64,000 nt of DNA from Squalus acanthias. Taxonomy: Eukaryota. The DNA is taken from NCBI GenBank assembly GCA_030390025.1, contig JASTWF010000036.1, forward strand, positions 3,598,001-3,662,000, written 5' to 3'. The notes below the pieces were generated by a model. The model ran no database searches. It had not been told where the DNA came from and saw nothing but the letters and a program-made list of their open reading frames with translations. Every line of letters begins with the position of its first letter. The stretch's first letter is position 1. This document shows positions 25,838-37,744 of this stretch, piece after piece. The position numbers and the translations under genes are program-made.

Positions 25838-26287
25838 GAAAGAAAGACTTGCATTTATATAGCACCTTTCACGACCACTGGACATCTCAAAGCACTTTAC
25901 AGCCAATGAAGTACTTTTACTGTTGTAGTGCAGGAAACGCAGCAACCAATTTGCGCACAGCAAACTCCCACAAACAGCAATGTGATAATGACCAGATGAT
26001 CTGTTTTTGCTATGTTGGTTGAGGGATAAATATTGGCCAGAGCACCGGGGATAACTCCCCTGCTCTTCTTCAAAATAGTGCCGTGGGATCCTTTACATCC
26101 ACCTGAGAGAGCCTTGGTTTAATATCCCATCTGAAATACGGCACCTCCGACAGTGCGGCACTCCCTCAGTACTGCACTGGAGTGGCAGTCTAGCTTTATG
26201 TGCTCCAAGGTTCCATGGCATGGGACTTGAACCCACAACCTTTGTGACACAGAGGCAAGTGTGCTACCAACTGAGCCAAGGCTGACC
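25838..26287 (-). mobile_element. Deu-domain SINE, full length
   Basis: tRNA-like head at ~26230-26287, tail at 25838. Confidence 0.85.
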
Positions 26288-26938
26288 CTACGCTATCCAA
26301 CCTTGGTCCTGACCTGCACTGTGGGCCTTGGGCCTTCACCCAAGCCTCTAAACAAATAATAAAATAAAACGTAACAGCTCCACAACAGCCAGACTCTAAC
26401 CCTGCTGTTTTCTGTAACTCCCAGTTTCATCCCTGCTGAGAGCAGAGTGACTCACCCTTTCAGCTCAGTTACCGCCCCGACAACCTATCTTCAGAATTGA
26501 TTTTTTTTACACAGTTTCGGTTTTTCTGGGTCAGGGCTAAAAGTATGAGTACGTCAAAATTCAAAGAAGAGTATGAAATAGTTTCTAGTTATCAGTCTGG
26601 TGGAAATGTTGCAAAGGAGCTGCTCGAATGTCACTTTGAATTATTTCAGACTGAACTCTGTCATTTGAGGATTCCAAGGTAGCAGAGTGTCTAATAACTC
26701 AGAGCTCCATCTAATTGCAGAGCAATTTCTTTTCGATCTGCTTTAACTCGTTGTGGAAGGCACTCGTGTTTCTGCACCCACACGAACATTGCACAAATCA
26801 AAAAAGCTGCAAATCAGAAAAACCAGAACAGCAAATGCTGGAAATAGGAACATCCGAAAATTGACGGCAGGAAACGACCAGCTGGTCTATCAAGCCTGCT
26901 CCACACCTCACAATGGCGTATCCTGAGCAGATACTTCC

Positions 26939-27154
26939 TGACGGAAGAAAACTACTAGGCACTTGGTCTAAGCATTAAACAAAGCTTTAATCAACGGTTT
27001 TACAACATGGAGGTCTAGTTGTCCTTCACTAGTTCCTGTTGAGGAATGTCCTAAGCAAGCTGGGCCCATGCCCGAGTATTTATACTCTCCCTGGACAGCG
27101 CCACCAGCAGGCCGCCCAGTATTACTTCATACATGAATGACAAGATTCATGTCA
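26939..27154 (-). mobile_element. Candidate solo LTR (216 bp)
   Basis: TGAC...GTCA termini, flanks cttcc/gttcc (5 bp, 1 mismatch). Minus-strand TATAAATA (27077-27084) followed by ATTAAA (26986-26991). Confidence 0.6.
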
Positions 27155-27439
27155 GTTCCTACCTGTAACCAACCCCACCCCCAGACTCCCGACTTGTGGA
27201 ATCTAGTCCACATATGTTGCGGGAAGATTCCAACTCGAAACTATGTGCAAGTGAAGTTTCTTTATTTTTGGCCGAGGACTTCCCCACAAATGGCTGGGAA
27301 CGTTCCTTACGGGCTGGCGATGTCGAAACAATATTGGGCCGGCCTTCCTCCCCTCCCCCACCCCGGCACGTGGTCAGGAATAATACCGGTTTGGTGATGC
27401 CAGGAGCAACTGCCTCCAGCTGCTTGTGAAGATCTCTTG

Positions 27440-27745
27440 AGGAACATCGGAACAGGAGGAGGCCATTCAACCCTTTGAGCCTGTTCCGCCATGCAATGAG
27501 ATCATGGCTGGTCTGTACCTCAACTTTATTTACCCGCCTTAGCTCCACATCCCTTACCCAACAAAAACCGATCGATCTCAGTCTTGAAAGCTCCAATTGT
27601 CCCCCAGCATCCACAGCCCTCTGGGGGACAGAGTTCCAGATTTCCACTACCCTTTGTGTGAAGAAGTGCTTCCTGACATCACCCCTGAACGGCCTGGCTC
27701 TAACTTTAAGGTTATGCCCCCTTGTTCTGGACTCCCTCACCAGAG
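27440..27745 (-). mobile_element. CR1 3' fragment
   Basis: ESRTRGHNLKVRARPFRGDVRKHFFTQRVV. Confidence 0.85.
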
Positions 27746-28199
27746 GTTGTGCAAGGTCTTGCATAAATGCAAGCCTTTCTTTATATGTCCCAATGCTGCG
27801 TTCGGGAGTGCCGTTAACCACTAAACCACCAGTGAACTCCCATCTACATTTTAACATGAAGCCTCAGTTATACTATTGACTGAATGCAAATCACATTGGC
27901 TGAAAACTACAAGATGCTATTGTGATACCATGACTGGTGAAGAGTATTATCATATAACTCACAGGAGGGATTAATCTTTGTGGTTCAAAAGGGAATTGAA
28001 GGGTAGAAGTTCCCATTGTCGAGCTTCACATCCAAGCACGAACTGCACTGGTGCACCATTTTTAGGCAGCCATTAACTCGTCTAAATTGAACATTAAGCT
28101 TTTGTATGTGAAGTTAGCCGATCAGAATTTCTATCATTGAGAGTCACAGAAAAATACCACACAAATTAAGTCTCATCCAGTCAGAATGGGCAGTGGACA

Positions 28200-28657
28200 G
28201 ACATAAGAACATAAGAAATAGGAGCAGGAGTCGACAATACGGCCCCTTGAGCCTGCTCCGCCATTCAATAAGATCATGGCTAAACTTCTACATCAACTCC
28301 ACTTTCCCGCCCGATCTCCATATCCCTTGATTCCCCTAGAGTCCAAAAATCTATCTATCTCAAAGACTCAGCATTCACAGCCCTCTGGGGTAGAGAATTC
28401 CAAACCCTCTGAGTGAAAAAATTCCTCCTCATCTCGGTATTAAATGGCCGAGCCCTTATCCTGAGACTATGCCCCCTAGTTTCTAGACTCTCCAGCCAGG
28501 GGGGAAACAACCTCTCAGCATCTACCCTGTCAATCCACTTCAGAATCTTGTATGTTTCAATGAGATCACTTCTCATTCTTCTAAACTCCAGAGAATCTAG
28601 GCCCATTCTACACAATCTCTCATCATAGAACAGCCCTCTCATCCCAGGAATCAATCT
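28200..28657 (-). mobile_element. CR1 3' fragment
   Basis: ORF 28355-28708; acataagaacataagaa tail. Confidence 0.88.
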
Positions 28658-30287
28658 GCCAAGGACATAGCACCAAGGATCTATTACAATACAGAACAGA
28701 CCCATCAAAACTCGAAAACCTGATAACTACCAACCAATTGATGGGATCAATTCCAGAAAGCAATTTACTTTAATTGGGAACTGCAGGGAGAGGGCCAAGT
28801 CCCACAGTGCAGGGCACCAGCAACACTGAGGGGAATAGGACACGAGACAGGATACGATGGAGAGAAAGAGGGGTTAGAAACTAGAGGTGAGAGAAAGACT
28901 GGCTAGCAGTGCTAATGAGGTTTTAGGAGAGCCTCCACACACTAGTCAAGAGGACAGGGTGATGTAGTGTGTGACGGCCATATGTGTCCCACCAGCATGT
29001 TTGGCAGGGAGATGCAGTCTTGACTTACTATTGCACCCATCACTATACCTGACCGGGAGGGATGCTAGGGTGTGTTACGCAAATGCCAATTCTTCATGGG
29101 TGACTCTAGACAGTGAGCATCACCTGGCTATTCCACCGTGAGCCTGATCTTTTCCTCATCCGGCATTCATTTCTCAGTGGGAGTTACTGTATAACCATCA
29201 GGAGCGGAGATCCTGGCTGATTTGATTTTTCAACCCTCTCTAACCCGGGTGCCTCGCGGCCAATTGTAGCCCTTCCAATGGGACCCCAGCTGCGACCCAG
29301 TCATTTTCACACCGCTATTTGGAGAACGCAATATATCAATTTCTCTCCATCTCATCTGGATTCTATAAAAAAACTGCAACGCCCAAGTTATAATTTTTTG
29401 TATACACAAACTTTTCATTACTACTGTACTACTTATATAAAATTAAAGATCGTAAAGCCAAGTAAATAATGATGTAATATAATAGCCGTGTGTTCCAGAG
29501 TTACCTAATTTACTGCATGAAAAATAAGTCATGTGTGATCATAAACGACTTGGCATGCAGCCTTGCAGTTCATTTGGCAAACCATCAATCAATCTGCGAG
29601 GCTTGGCAACTCCATCTTATAGGGTATAACTGACTGCGTAGTTTGCTTTGGGAATAATAAGTGACAAAGCTATGTACACTGGGAGTGGACCAGGCAGTTC
29701 ATTATTGCTGTTGGATTCCGAGTTTGCATCTTACATATGGCAAGATCCTAAGACGGCGAGTACTGTTCTCCCACAGACCCTTAGCTTGCTCGGAATAAGC
29801 TCGTGCCTGCGCTATATCAACCCGTTTGCCAGCCTGCATTTAAAATAGTGCCAGAAGCAATTGGATGAAGGCTTCCTGTTAATTTGGAATTATATATGTA
29901 GAGATATTATTATATCCACCCCACCCACCCCAACCCAATGGCGTGGGGGGCGGTGGTTGGGAGGAGAATTGCTCTGGTCGCTATTTGCAGCTACATTGTA
30001 AATGTGTACATGAAGATTCACCTCAGGAAATATTCATAGCAAAATCGGAAAGGTTTTCATTGATGATTTCACTAGAAATACTAACCAGGGGGAATCGGCA
30101 CAGAGACCTTTACAATGTAGCTACGCATTGCTACCAGAGGCATTCTTCCCCAACCTGTCCAGTGTGGTACTGACCTACACAGCTGAGGCACCGGTAGCAA
30201 GAATTGATTTCAATGCCCCAGGGAGGGGAGAATCAGTCAAGGTTGCCACTCCCGATGCAGTGACTCCTGTTGGAAAATGTGCAGAAG

Positions 30288-31098
30288 TGGGGTGAGGACC
30301 TCCTGTTGGATGTGTGTTGAAGACCTCCTGTTGGATGTGGGGTGAGGACCTCCTGTTGGATGTGTGTTGAGGACCTCCTGTTGGATGTGAGGTGAGGTCC
30401 TCCTGTTGGATGTGGGGTGAGGTCCTCCTGTTGGATGTGTGTTGAGGACCTCCTGTTGGATGTGTGGTGAGGACCTCCTGTTGGATGTGTGTTGAGGACC
30501 AACTGTTGGATGTGGGGTGAGGTCCTCCTGTTGGATGTGTGTTGAGGACCTCCTGTTGGATGTGGGGTGAGGTCCTCCTGTTGGATGTGTGTTGAGGACC
30601 TCCTGTTGGATGTGGGGTGAGGACCTCCTGTTGGATGTGGGGTGAGGTCCTCCTGTTGGATGTGTGTTGAGGACCTCCTGTTGGATGTGTGTTGAGGACC
30701 TCCTGTTGGATGTGGGGTGAGGTCCTCCTGTTGGATGTGGGGTGAGGACCTCCTGTTGGATGTGTGTTGAGGTCCTCCTGTTGGATGTGGGGTGAGGTCC
30801 TCCTGTTGGATGTGGGGTGAGGACCTCCTGTTGGATGTGGGGTGAGGTCCTCCTGTTGGATGTGAGGTGAGGTCCTCCTGTTGGATGTGGGGTGAAGACC
30901 TCCTGTTGGATGTGTGTTGAGGACCTCCTGTTGGATGTGGGGTGAGGTCCTCCTGTTGGATGTGGGGTGAAGACCTCCTGTTGGATGTGTGTTGAGGACC
31001 TCCTGTTGGATGTGGGGTGAGGTCCTCCTGTTGGATGTGGGGTGAGGACCTCCTGTTGGATGTGGGTGAGGTCCTCCTGTTGGATGTGGGGTGAGGAC
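30288..31098 (+). repeat. 25-bp minisatellite (~32 copies), unit gtggggtgaggacctcctgttggat, inside SINE-B
   Basis: SINE-B lies upstream (30190-30290) and resumes at gtgaggacaggattgggc (31091) up to ~31270. Confidence 0.93.
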
Positions 31099-31509
31099 AG
31101 GATTGGGCTTGTTGGTGATGATCACCTACCGCACACCCCTTACTCCATGGTCAAGAAACAAAAATTGACTCTCAGATGGATGGCCACTTGGGTGAGGTAT
31201 CAGACGGCAGCTGGTACAGGTGGAACTGTATCTCAACATGACCAAGTGCCTTCGGGAGTGGAGGGAAGAAAGGCAAAAACAAAAACTGAAATAAACTCAA
31301 TCTGAAACTGCACTGTGAAAATCCGCAGATTAATATATATATATCAGGGGCAAAATTTTGTTTGGTGAACTTTGTGTAATAAACCCTAAATCAATTCTTT
31401 ATAAACAGGTTTACCGTTTCCTCACATATAGTGTACACAGGAAATCTTCTCCCAGCATTTGGTGTGATGCAGATATTCATTTTGTGGCCAGTCTGGCGAC
31501 ATTGAAATG

Positions 31510-31852
31510 AGTTATTTCTGTAATCTCCTCCAGCCCTACAACCCCCTGAGATCTCTGCGCTTCTCCAATTCAGGCCTCTTGTACATCCTCGATTATAATC
31601 GCTCCACCATTGGTGGCCGTGCCTTCAGCTCCCTAGGCCTGAAGCTCTGGAATTCCCTCCCTAAACCTCTCCGCCTCTCGACCTCCCTCTCCTCCTTTAA
31701 GACGCTCCTTAAAACCTACCTCTTTGACCAAGCTTTTGGTCACCTGTCCTAATACCTCCTTATGTGGCTCGATTACGCTCCTGTGAAGCGCCTTGGGACG
31801 TTTTTACTACGTTAAAGGTGCTATATAAATGCAAGTTGTTGTTGTTGTTGTT
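31510..31852 (+). mobile_element. L2 3' end with (GTT)n tail
   Basis: ORF ..GGRAFSSLGLKLWNSLP..FKTLLKTYLF; tail aaaggtgctatataaatgcaagttgttg. Confidence 0.88.
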
Positions 31853-32949
31853 TCAGTGCAGGCCGCTCTCAGTTGTTCCAGGAACTGAGCTTCATTAGCA
31901 TTGTGTACAGTGCCATAGCTGGAGTGTGTGACGTGACTCAATCAGGATCCTTTTTAATCCTTGGAAGCCAGGCCAAAGCTGTCAATTATTAAATAACTCC
32001 ATAATGGCTGAGTACACACCGATACTTGGCCAGCACCGTGTAGGAGCCACGTTAAAAGGCAGTACGATATGAGAGGCAATTGTACGAATTGGTGTTCCTG
32101 GCATGGAGCCTTGCACGCTGGGTGCGCATATCCAGGGGTCCGTCCTGCGAGACCCACTGATCTTCGTGCCTGAATTCCAGATGTGTACTCCTAGCATGTG
32201 AACTTCCTTGGCTCCACATAGTGCAAATCTGTAAAAATACCACCAGAGAGTAACCTTCTTCTTTAAATATTAAATATATAAAATTCAGTAGCTAAGTCTA
32301 TTTTGTGGTAAGGCACTGAGCCCAAGCCCAAGAAAGTTCCTGGTTTGATCCCCGGCCTATGCTAGGCTAGCTGATCTGAGCAAGGGCAGCAGTTCGGGCA
32401 CGACAAGTGGCCTCACCCACCCTGGGCAATAGGAGGCAAATATCGGTTGGGATTCCCTTTCCTGGCCACTGTTCAGTGACCCCTGCTGGGAAATCGCATG
32501 TGCGGGCTTTGAGTTAAGATTCTCTTTGCGGAGAAATAGCCTGTCAACGTTTACCAGAGGGCATTTGTCGCCTTTGGAACCATAACGCGGCAGCTGTCTG
32601 TGCCTTCAGGACAGGAGAGGGAAAAGAAGAGTCATTGTGTTCCATTTCCCTGTATTCTTCATTATATTTCATTTTGTTTTGAATTTTACTTTCGATTTCC
32701 TTCTATTTCCACTTCTTATTTCAGTTTCTTTCAAATGTATTTTCCTTCTCTCTTTTCTGCCTTCTTTTGTCTTCCCCTCTTTATTTGGGACCTTCATTCA
32801 GTGCTTTACATTCTTGGAAGGTGTGGCTGGCTCCTTTGGCCTTGCCTGGCCTGGTAAGGTCATTAAATGTTTCCCAGCACGGTGTGCCCATGCGTGGGGT
32901 GTTGAGGTTGGCACTCATACAAGAATAGTGGCCACTCGGGTGAGGTACT

Positions 32950-33333
32950 GGTGGCTGCCCAGGTGTTGTAGTACTCGACTATAGTAAGGACTGTAGCTGC
33001 CCAGGTGTTGTAGTACTCGACTATAGTAAGGACTGTAGCTGCCCAGGTGTTGTAGTACTCGCCTATAGTAAGGACTGTGGCTGCCCAGGTGTTGTAGTAC
33101 TCGACTATAGTAAGGACTGTAGCTGCCCAGGTGTTGTAGTACTCGACTATAGTAAGGACTGTAGCTGCCCAGGTGTTGTAGTACTCGACTATAGTAAGGA
33201 CTGTGGCTGCCCAGGTGTTGTAGTACTCGACCATAGTAAGGACTGTGGCTGCCCAGGTGTTGTAGTACTCGACTATAGTAAGGACTGTGGCTGCCCAGGT
33301 GTTGTAGTACTCGACTATAGTAAGGACTGTAGC
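32950..33333 (+). repeat. 42-bp minisatellite (~9 copies), unit gctgcccaggtgttgtagtactcgactatagtaaggactgta, inside a SINE-B tail
   Basis: Preceded by aagaatagtggccactcgggtgaggtactgg (SINE-B) and followed by a SINE-B-like end. Confidence 0.9.
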
Positions 33334-34197
33334 CTGCAGAGAGCAGAGGAGAAAATCAGAAAATAATTTTTTAAGTCAATTATTTTGAAAATTCCCTTGG
33401 GATATTGCAGCTTTGAATTATAAGTGGATGATCCTGTTGTCAGATATTTTGCAGGTACTATAGCCGATGGCTAGTTTAGTGCAGTATTCAAACCCAGACC
33501 TTTGTCGGGCTTCACATTACACATTCAAACAGGAGACTTCAAACCGACTCTCAGATCTAGTAATTAATCAGGTACAACTGTCATCTACAGTTGCCAGCCA
33601 TCTACTTTTGAACCGGGTGGTCTGTGCCTTTATTTTTGAACAGGATGTCCAGAATTTTCTGAAAGATTTAACCCAGACATCTGCTTTTCGAAAATAGGAG
33701 TCATTTTGTTTTCCCCAGTGACGTCTCTCTCTCTCTCTCACTCGATGTGGAAGTGATTCCACCCCCGATACTGTTCCATCTGATTTTTTGACTTTGTAAA
33801 AAGTGACAACCTGCGCGTTCCCTCAGAAATAGTTGGGAGCCATTCTGTCGGTGAAAATAATTTCAATTAAAAGTGGCCAACTGCCAGGCTTCCTTATTCC
33901 TTGCCTCAACCACGAGAGAAAGGGAAGTAAATTGTTTGAGAGATGCAGGTGCCGGTGGTCATTTGGTGGTGTCGTGTTCTGCAAAATCTGCAGCAAATAT
34001 TATTGAGCTCTCGCTTGAGTTAGAAAGGAGAGGCAATCTGGGAGAGTGTTGCGCATTGAAGACTTGTTTTCTTTGTTCTCAGGACCTGTCAGCAGAGGAG
34101 AGGAAAAAAAAGATAGTCATTGTGTTCCATTTCCCTGTATTCTTCATTATATTTGGTTTTGAATTTTACTTTCGATTTCCTTCTATTTCCACTTAAT

Positions 34198-34964
34198 GGG
34201 CCAGAAATTCGGCTCTCCGGCTTCCCGCGGGTGCAAGGATCGCGCGCGTACTTACCTACCGCGCCTGCCGTTGTGCTTTGGGCCCGCGTGGAATTCGGCT
34301 CCTGGACCTCCTGCAGCTGCCGGCGCGCAGTGCTTGCGTATCCCGGGGGCGCAGTTAGTTCGAAGCGTCCCCTGGGATCACGTGGGCCATGGAGAGCCAA
34401 TCGGAGCAGGGAATCTCCATTCATAGATTTTGACAGGAAGACCTGTCAAATCTATGAATAGAGATCGGCCCCAAAACCTCACTAAAACTTCAAATAAATT
34501 TTTAAAAAACCATCACATTTTTAAAATAACTATAAATTACATAAATTAACTACTTTAAACAAAAATTTAAATTTTTGAAAAAATTAATTACACTTTTTAA
34601 CGGTGCTAAAAATAAACTTACCTTTCTTTAAAGTATGTAAAAAAGATAAACCTGTTGAAAAAATGTTTAAATTGTACTTAATTCACCACTTACCTTGTTA
34701 AAAGCAGGGCTTGCGCCTCCTTTTTCCCCGCGCAGCTTCTCCGTACTTACCCTCACGGAGAAACCTGAAAAAAAACCCCGAAGTTCGCTGCGTGCGCGCT
34801 GCCTCTCCGGCGCACGCGTTCGACCTCTGAACCCCTTCCTTCAGGGGAACGGAAGTTCCGGTTTCCAGCGCATGCGCAGTGCATGCAGGAAACAGGCACT
34901 TTCGTTGGGTCTACGGGTGAGTACACAGCGCGTACTCACCCGTGGAGACCCGAATTTCTGGCCC
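34198..34964. mobile_element. MITE with TIRs GGGCCAGAAATTCGG / CCGAATTTCTGGCCC
   Basis: Perfect 15-bp TIR, CpG-rich arms, AT-rich core, internal hairpins at 34421-34458 and 34911-34945. Confidence 0.85.
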
Positions 34965-35060
34965 CTTATTTCTGAAGATGGAGATGGGCTGCCCAGCAAC
35001 TATTTTTACAACTGAGTGACTTGCTGTACCACTTCAGAGGGCATTAAAAGTCAACCACAT

Positions 35061-35907
35061 GGGGTGCGATTTTCCCAGCCCTGGGGAGGCGGGTATGGAG
35101 GCGGGACAGTTGGCAAAATGGCAGAATCTGGGGGAGGGTGCCCAACCCGCCCCCAACCCGCCTCCGTGCCATCTTGCCAGGAGGCGGGTAGCCGACCCGC
35201 ACCGGGTCCCGTCTCCTTGGAGGCGGGAAGGGGATTACAGCCACTTAACTGCCTGATAACAGGTCGTTAACAGGCAGATAAGAGGATTATCCCCATTTTA
35301 CCCACACAAGTGTGGGCTTCCCGAAGGCAGCGAACCCCGCCAGGGTCACCGAGGCGAGCCGTGGGTCTGCGGGGGTCGGAGGGGTCCAAAAGTGCGCTGT
35401 GGAGGTGAGTGATGGGTGCAAGTGTGGAGAGGTGCGTATGTGAGGTAAGTGGAAATGTTAGAAAAAGTGTACTTACCTTTGTTTCTTCCTGCAGGCTTCA
35501 ATCGGTGGTTATGCGGAGAGTCTCGCACCTCCGCGGCAGAGATGACAGAATGGCTGCTGCATTCTCCGATGCAACAACCATCTAATTTCTGCAAAAGAAA
35601 GAGGTTTGATGAGTCTTGAATTCAAGAACTCATCAAACTACAGAGAATGTCAGTGTTTAACAGCTTCACAGAGCTGTCAAACGATGACAATTCATCTGTC
35701 AAAAATTTTTGACAGATGAAACGTCATACGCTGACGTTCTCTGTAACCGGCTTTCCCTTAATTGGCCTGCTAAGCCTGCTGGGCGGGCTTAACAAGGTCA
35801 ATCAAGGGAAAATAGTGTGAGTTGGCCACAAATCGATGGAGGCGGGACAACGACCCGACAAGCAGCAGTCCCGCCTCCAACACGCCTCCATTGGCAAAAT
35901 TGCCCCC
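35061..35907. mobile_element. Older Harbinger-type MITE inserted into a SINE
   Basis: Ends ggggtgcgattttcc / ggcaaaattgccccc. Flanks agtcaaccacat|...|tgtgggactggagtcac rejoin as one SINE. Confidence 0.65.
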
Positions 35908-36519
35908 TTAGTGTGGGACTGGAGTCACCTGTAGGCCAGAACAGGTACTCTTACGTAAGGACTTTAGTGAGCCAATTAGGGTTTTACAGCAATCTTTAAC
36001 CGCACCCCACCTCCCGGCTAACAAATGACTAGATTCATTGAATTCAGTTTCACAACTTGCTATATGAGGATTATGAACTCACAACCTCTGGGTTGCTACT
36101 CTCGTACCACAAGGACTACACTACCGTACACTTGTGAATCTCTTAATAGCTGGGCTGCATCAGTATTGGTTAAGACCTGGGACAATTGCTTATCTGCTCT
36201 CAGCTGCACTTGGTGCTTGGCCTGGATAGACTGGGGACGAGGAGGAAGAATCAGATTACTACTGCAAAAAGCTCCAGAAGATAGCATTGCATGGCTTTTT
36301 TCCACTCCACCTTGGGCCTCAATTAAAGATTTCTTTTTCCAAGATGTAACATAGAAGAGAACTACTACAGAATTCCTTGAAAGCGTGAGTGCAGATAGAT
36401 ATAGCCATCAAAAAAGCCAATAGCGTTTTGGGGTTTATAAATAGGGTACAAGACTAAAAAGGCAATGATGAATTTATACAAAACATTGGATAGGCCACAG
36501 TTAGAGTGCTGTGTCCTCT

Positions 36520-36868
36520 GTGCTGCACTGTCGGAGGTGCCGCCTTTCGGATGAGACGTTAAACCGAGGCTCTGTCTGCCCTCTCAGGAGGATGTAAAAG
36601 ATCTCATGGCACTATTTCGAAGAAGAGCTGGGGAGTTCTTCCCGGTGTCCTGGCTGATATTTATCCCTCAACCAGCATCACCAAAACAGATTATCTGGTC
36701 ATTATCACATTGGTGTTTGTGGGAGCTTGCTGTGCATAAATTGGCAGCCGCGTTTCCTACATTACAACAGTGGCTACACTCCAAAAAGTGCTTCATTGGC
36801 TGTAAAGCATTTTGGGATGTCCTGATTTCATGAAAAGCGCTACATAAATGCAAGTCTTTCTTTCTTCT
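36520..36868 (+). mobile_element. Deu-domain SINE, 5'-truncated
   Basis: ttcggatgagacgttaaaccgagg core and tail. Confidence 0.8.
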
Positions 36869-37744
36869 TTCATAACGTGGTGTGCCATGTACCTTCAGAG
36901 CTGGCACATGTTTTAAGCAAAGCAGACCGTTAGGTGCTGGGCATAAAAATAAGGGTACAGGCAAGTGGCCAACTGGCTCCAGATGATGCCTGTGCATCGT
37001 TGCAGTGGTGAGCCACTGTAGAAATGCAAAGGATGCTGGTTGGAGAAATACTGGTATGTTGTCACTACAGTGGCATAAATGGTTCTCCACACACAGTTGC
37101 CCACTGACATATCGCGAGCCTTAATCTTAATTGCATTGCAGTGGGCCATTTGAGGCTGGTACAGGCTGAAAATTGCTTTCATAACCAGTGTGAAGAGGCA
37201 ACAATAAAGAAACTATACTCAGTTATGTCGAGTCTGTCTGCCACTCACATTGACTTGCATTAACTAGATGAATGTTACTCTGTCAGGCCTATTACAGGAA
37301 ATACAATGTAAAAGCAAAGAGTGTGTGAAGCTACAATCTCATTTCCTGGCTGATCAGAAAGTGATATTGACTCGAATTCGATTACGAAGGAACCCAAAGG
37401 CATGAGCAAAGCATGCCAGGCCAACAGGCCTCCTAAAAGTAGCTAGGCATAATCAGAAAGGATAGAAGATAGCAGTGAGCTCAGGTATTGAGGATGGCAG
37501 GAAGGAAGAGGAGAGATGAGTGTTTGTAGAAGGAGTCTTAGCCGAGAAATGGAGAGACAGAAAAACGGGCCTAAAAAGGTCAGTGAAGTGAAGACCACAT
37601 ATGAGTTGAATAAAGAAGGTAGACAGAGAAGATATAGACAGCAGACAAAGCATGTAAAGCTTATCTCAACAAGATAAGGGAAGAGTACAGGAAGAAGAGT
37701 AACACAGGCAGCTGTAAGGAAAGTCAGAGGAAGATTTGGTAATA

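Noticed and set aside
30175..31125. 316-aa His/Pro/Thr-rich ORF
   Set aside because: Translation of a 25-bp minisatellite.
32863..33234. VEYYNTWAATVLTI repeat protein
   Set aside because: 42-bp tandem repeat inside a SINE, with no gene context.
34210..34245. GFPRVQG peptide resembling Harbinger transposase
   Set aside because: It lies in the MITE terminal arm with no further similarity, so it is likely coincidence.
35470..35600. Strong splice donor (AAG|gtaagt) on the minus strand
   Set aside because: Internal to a MITE, with no support for a host exon.
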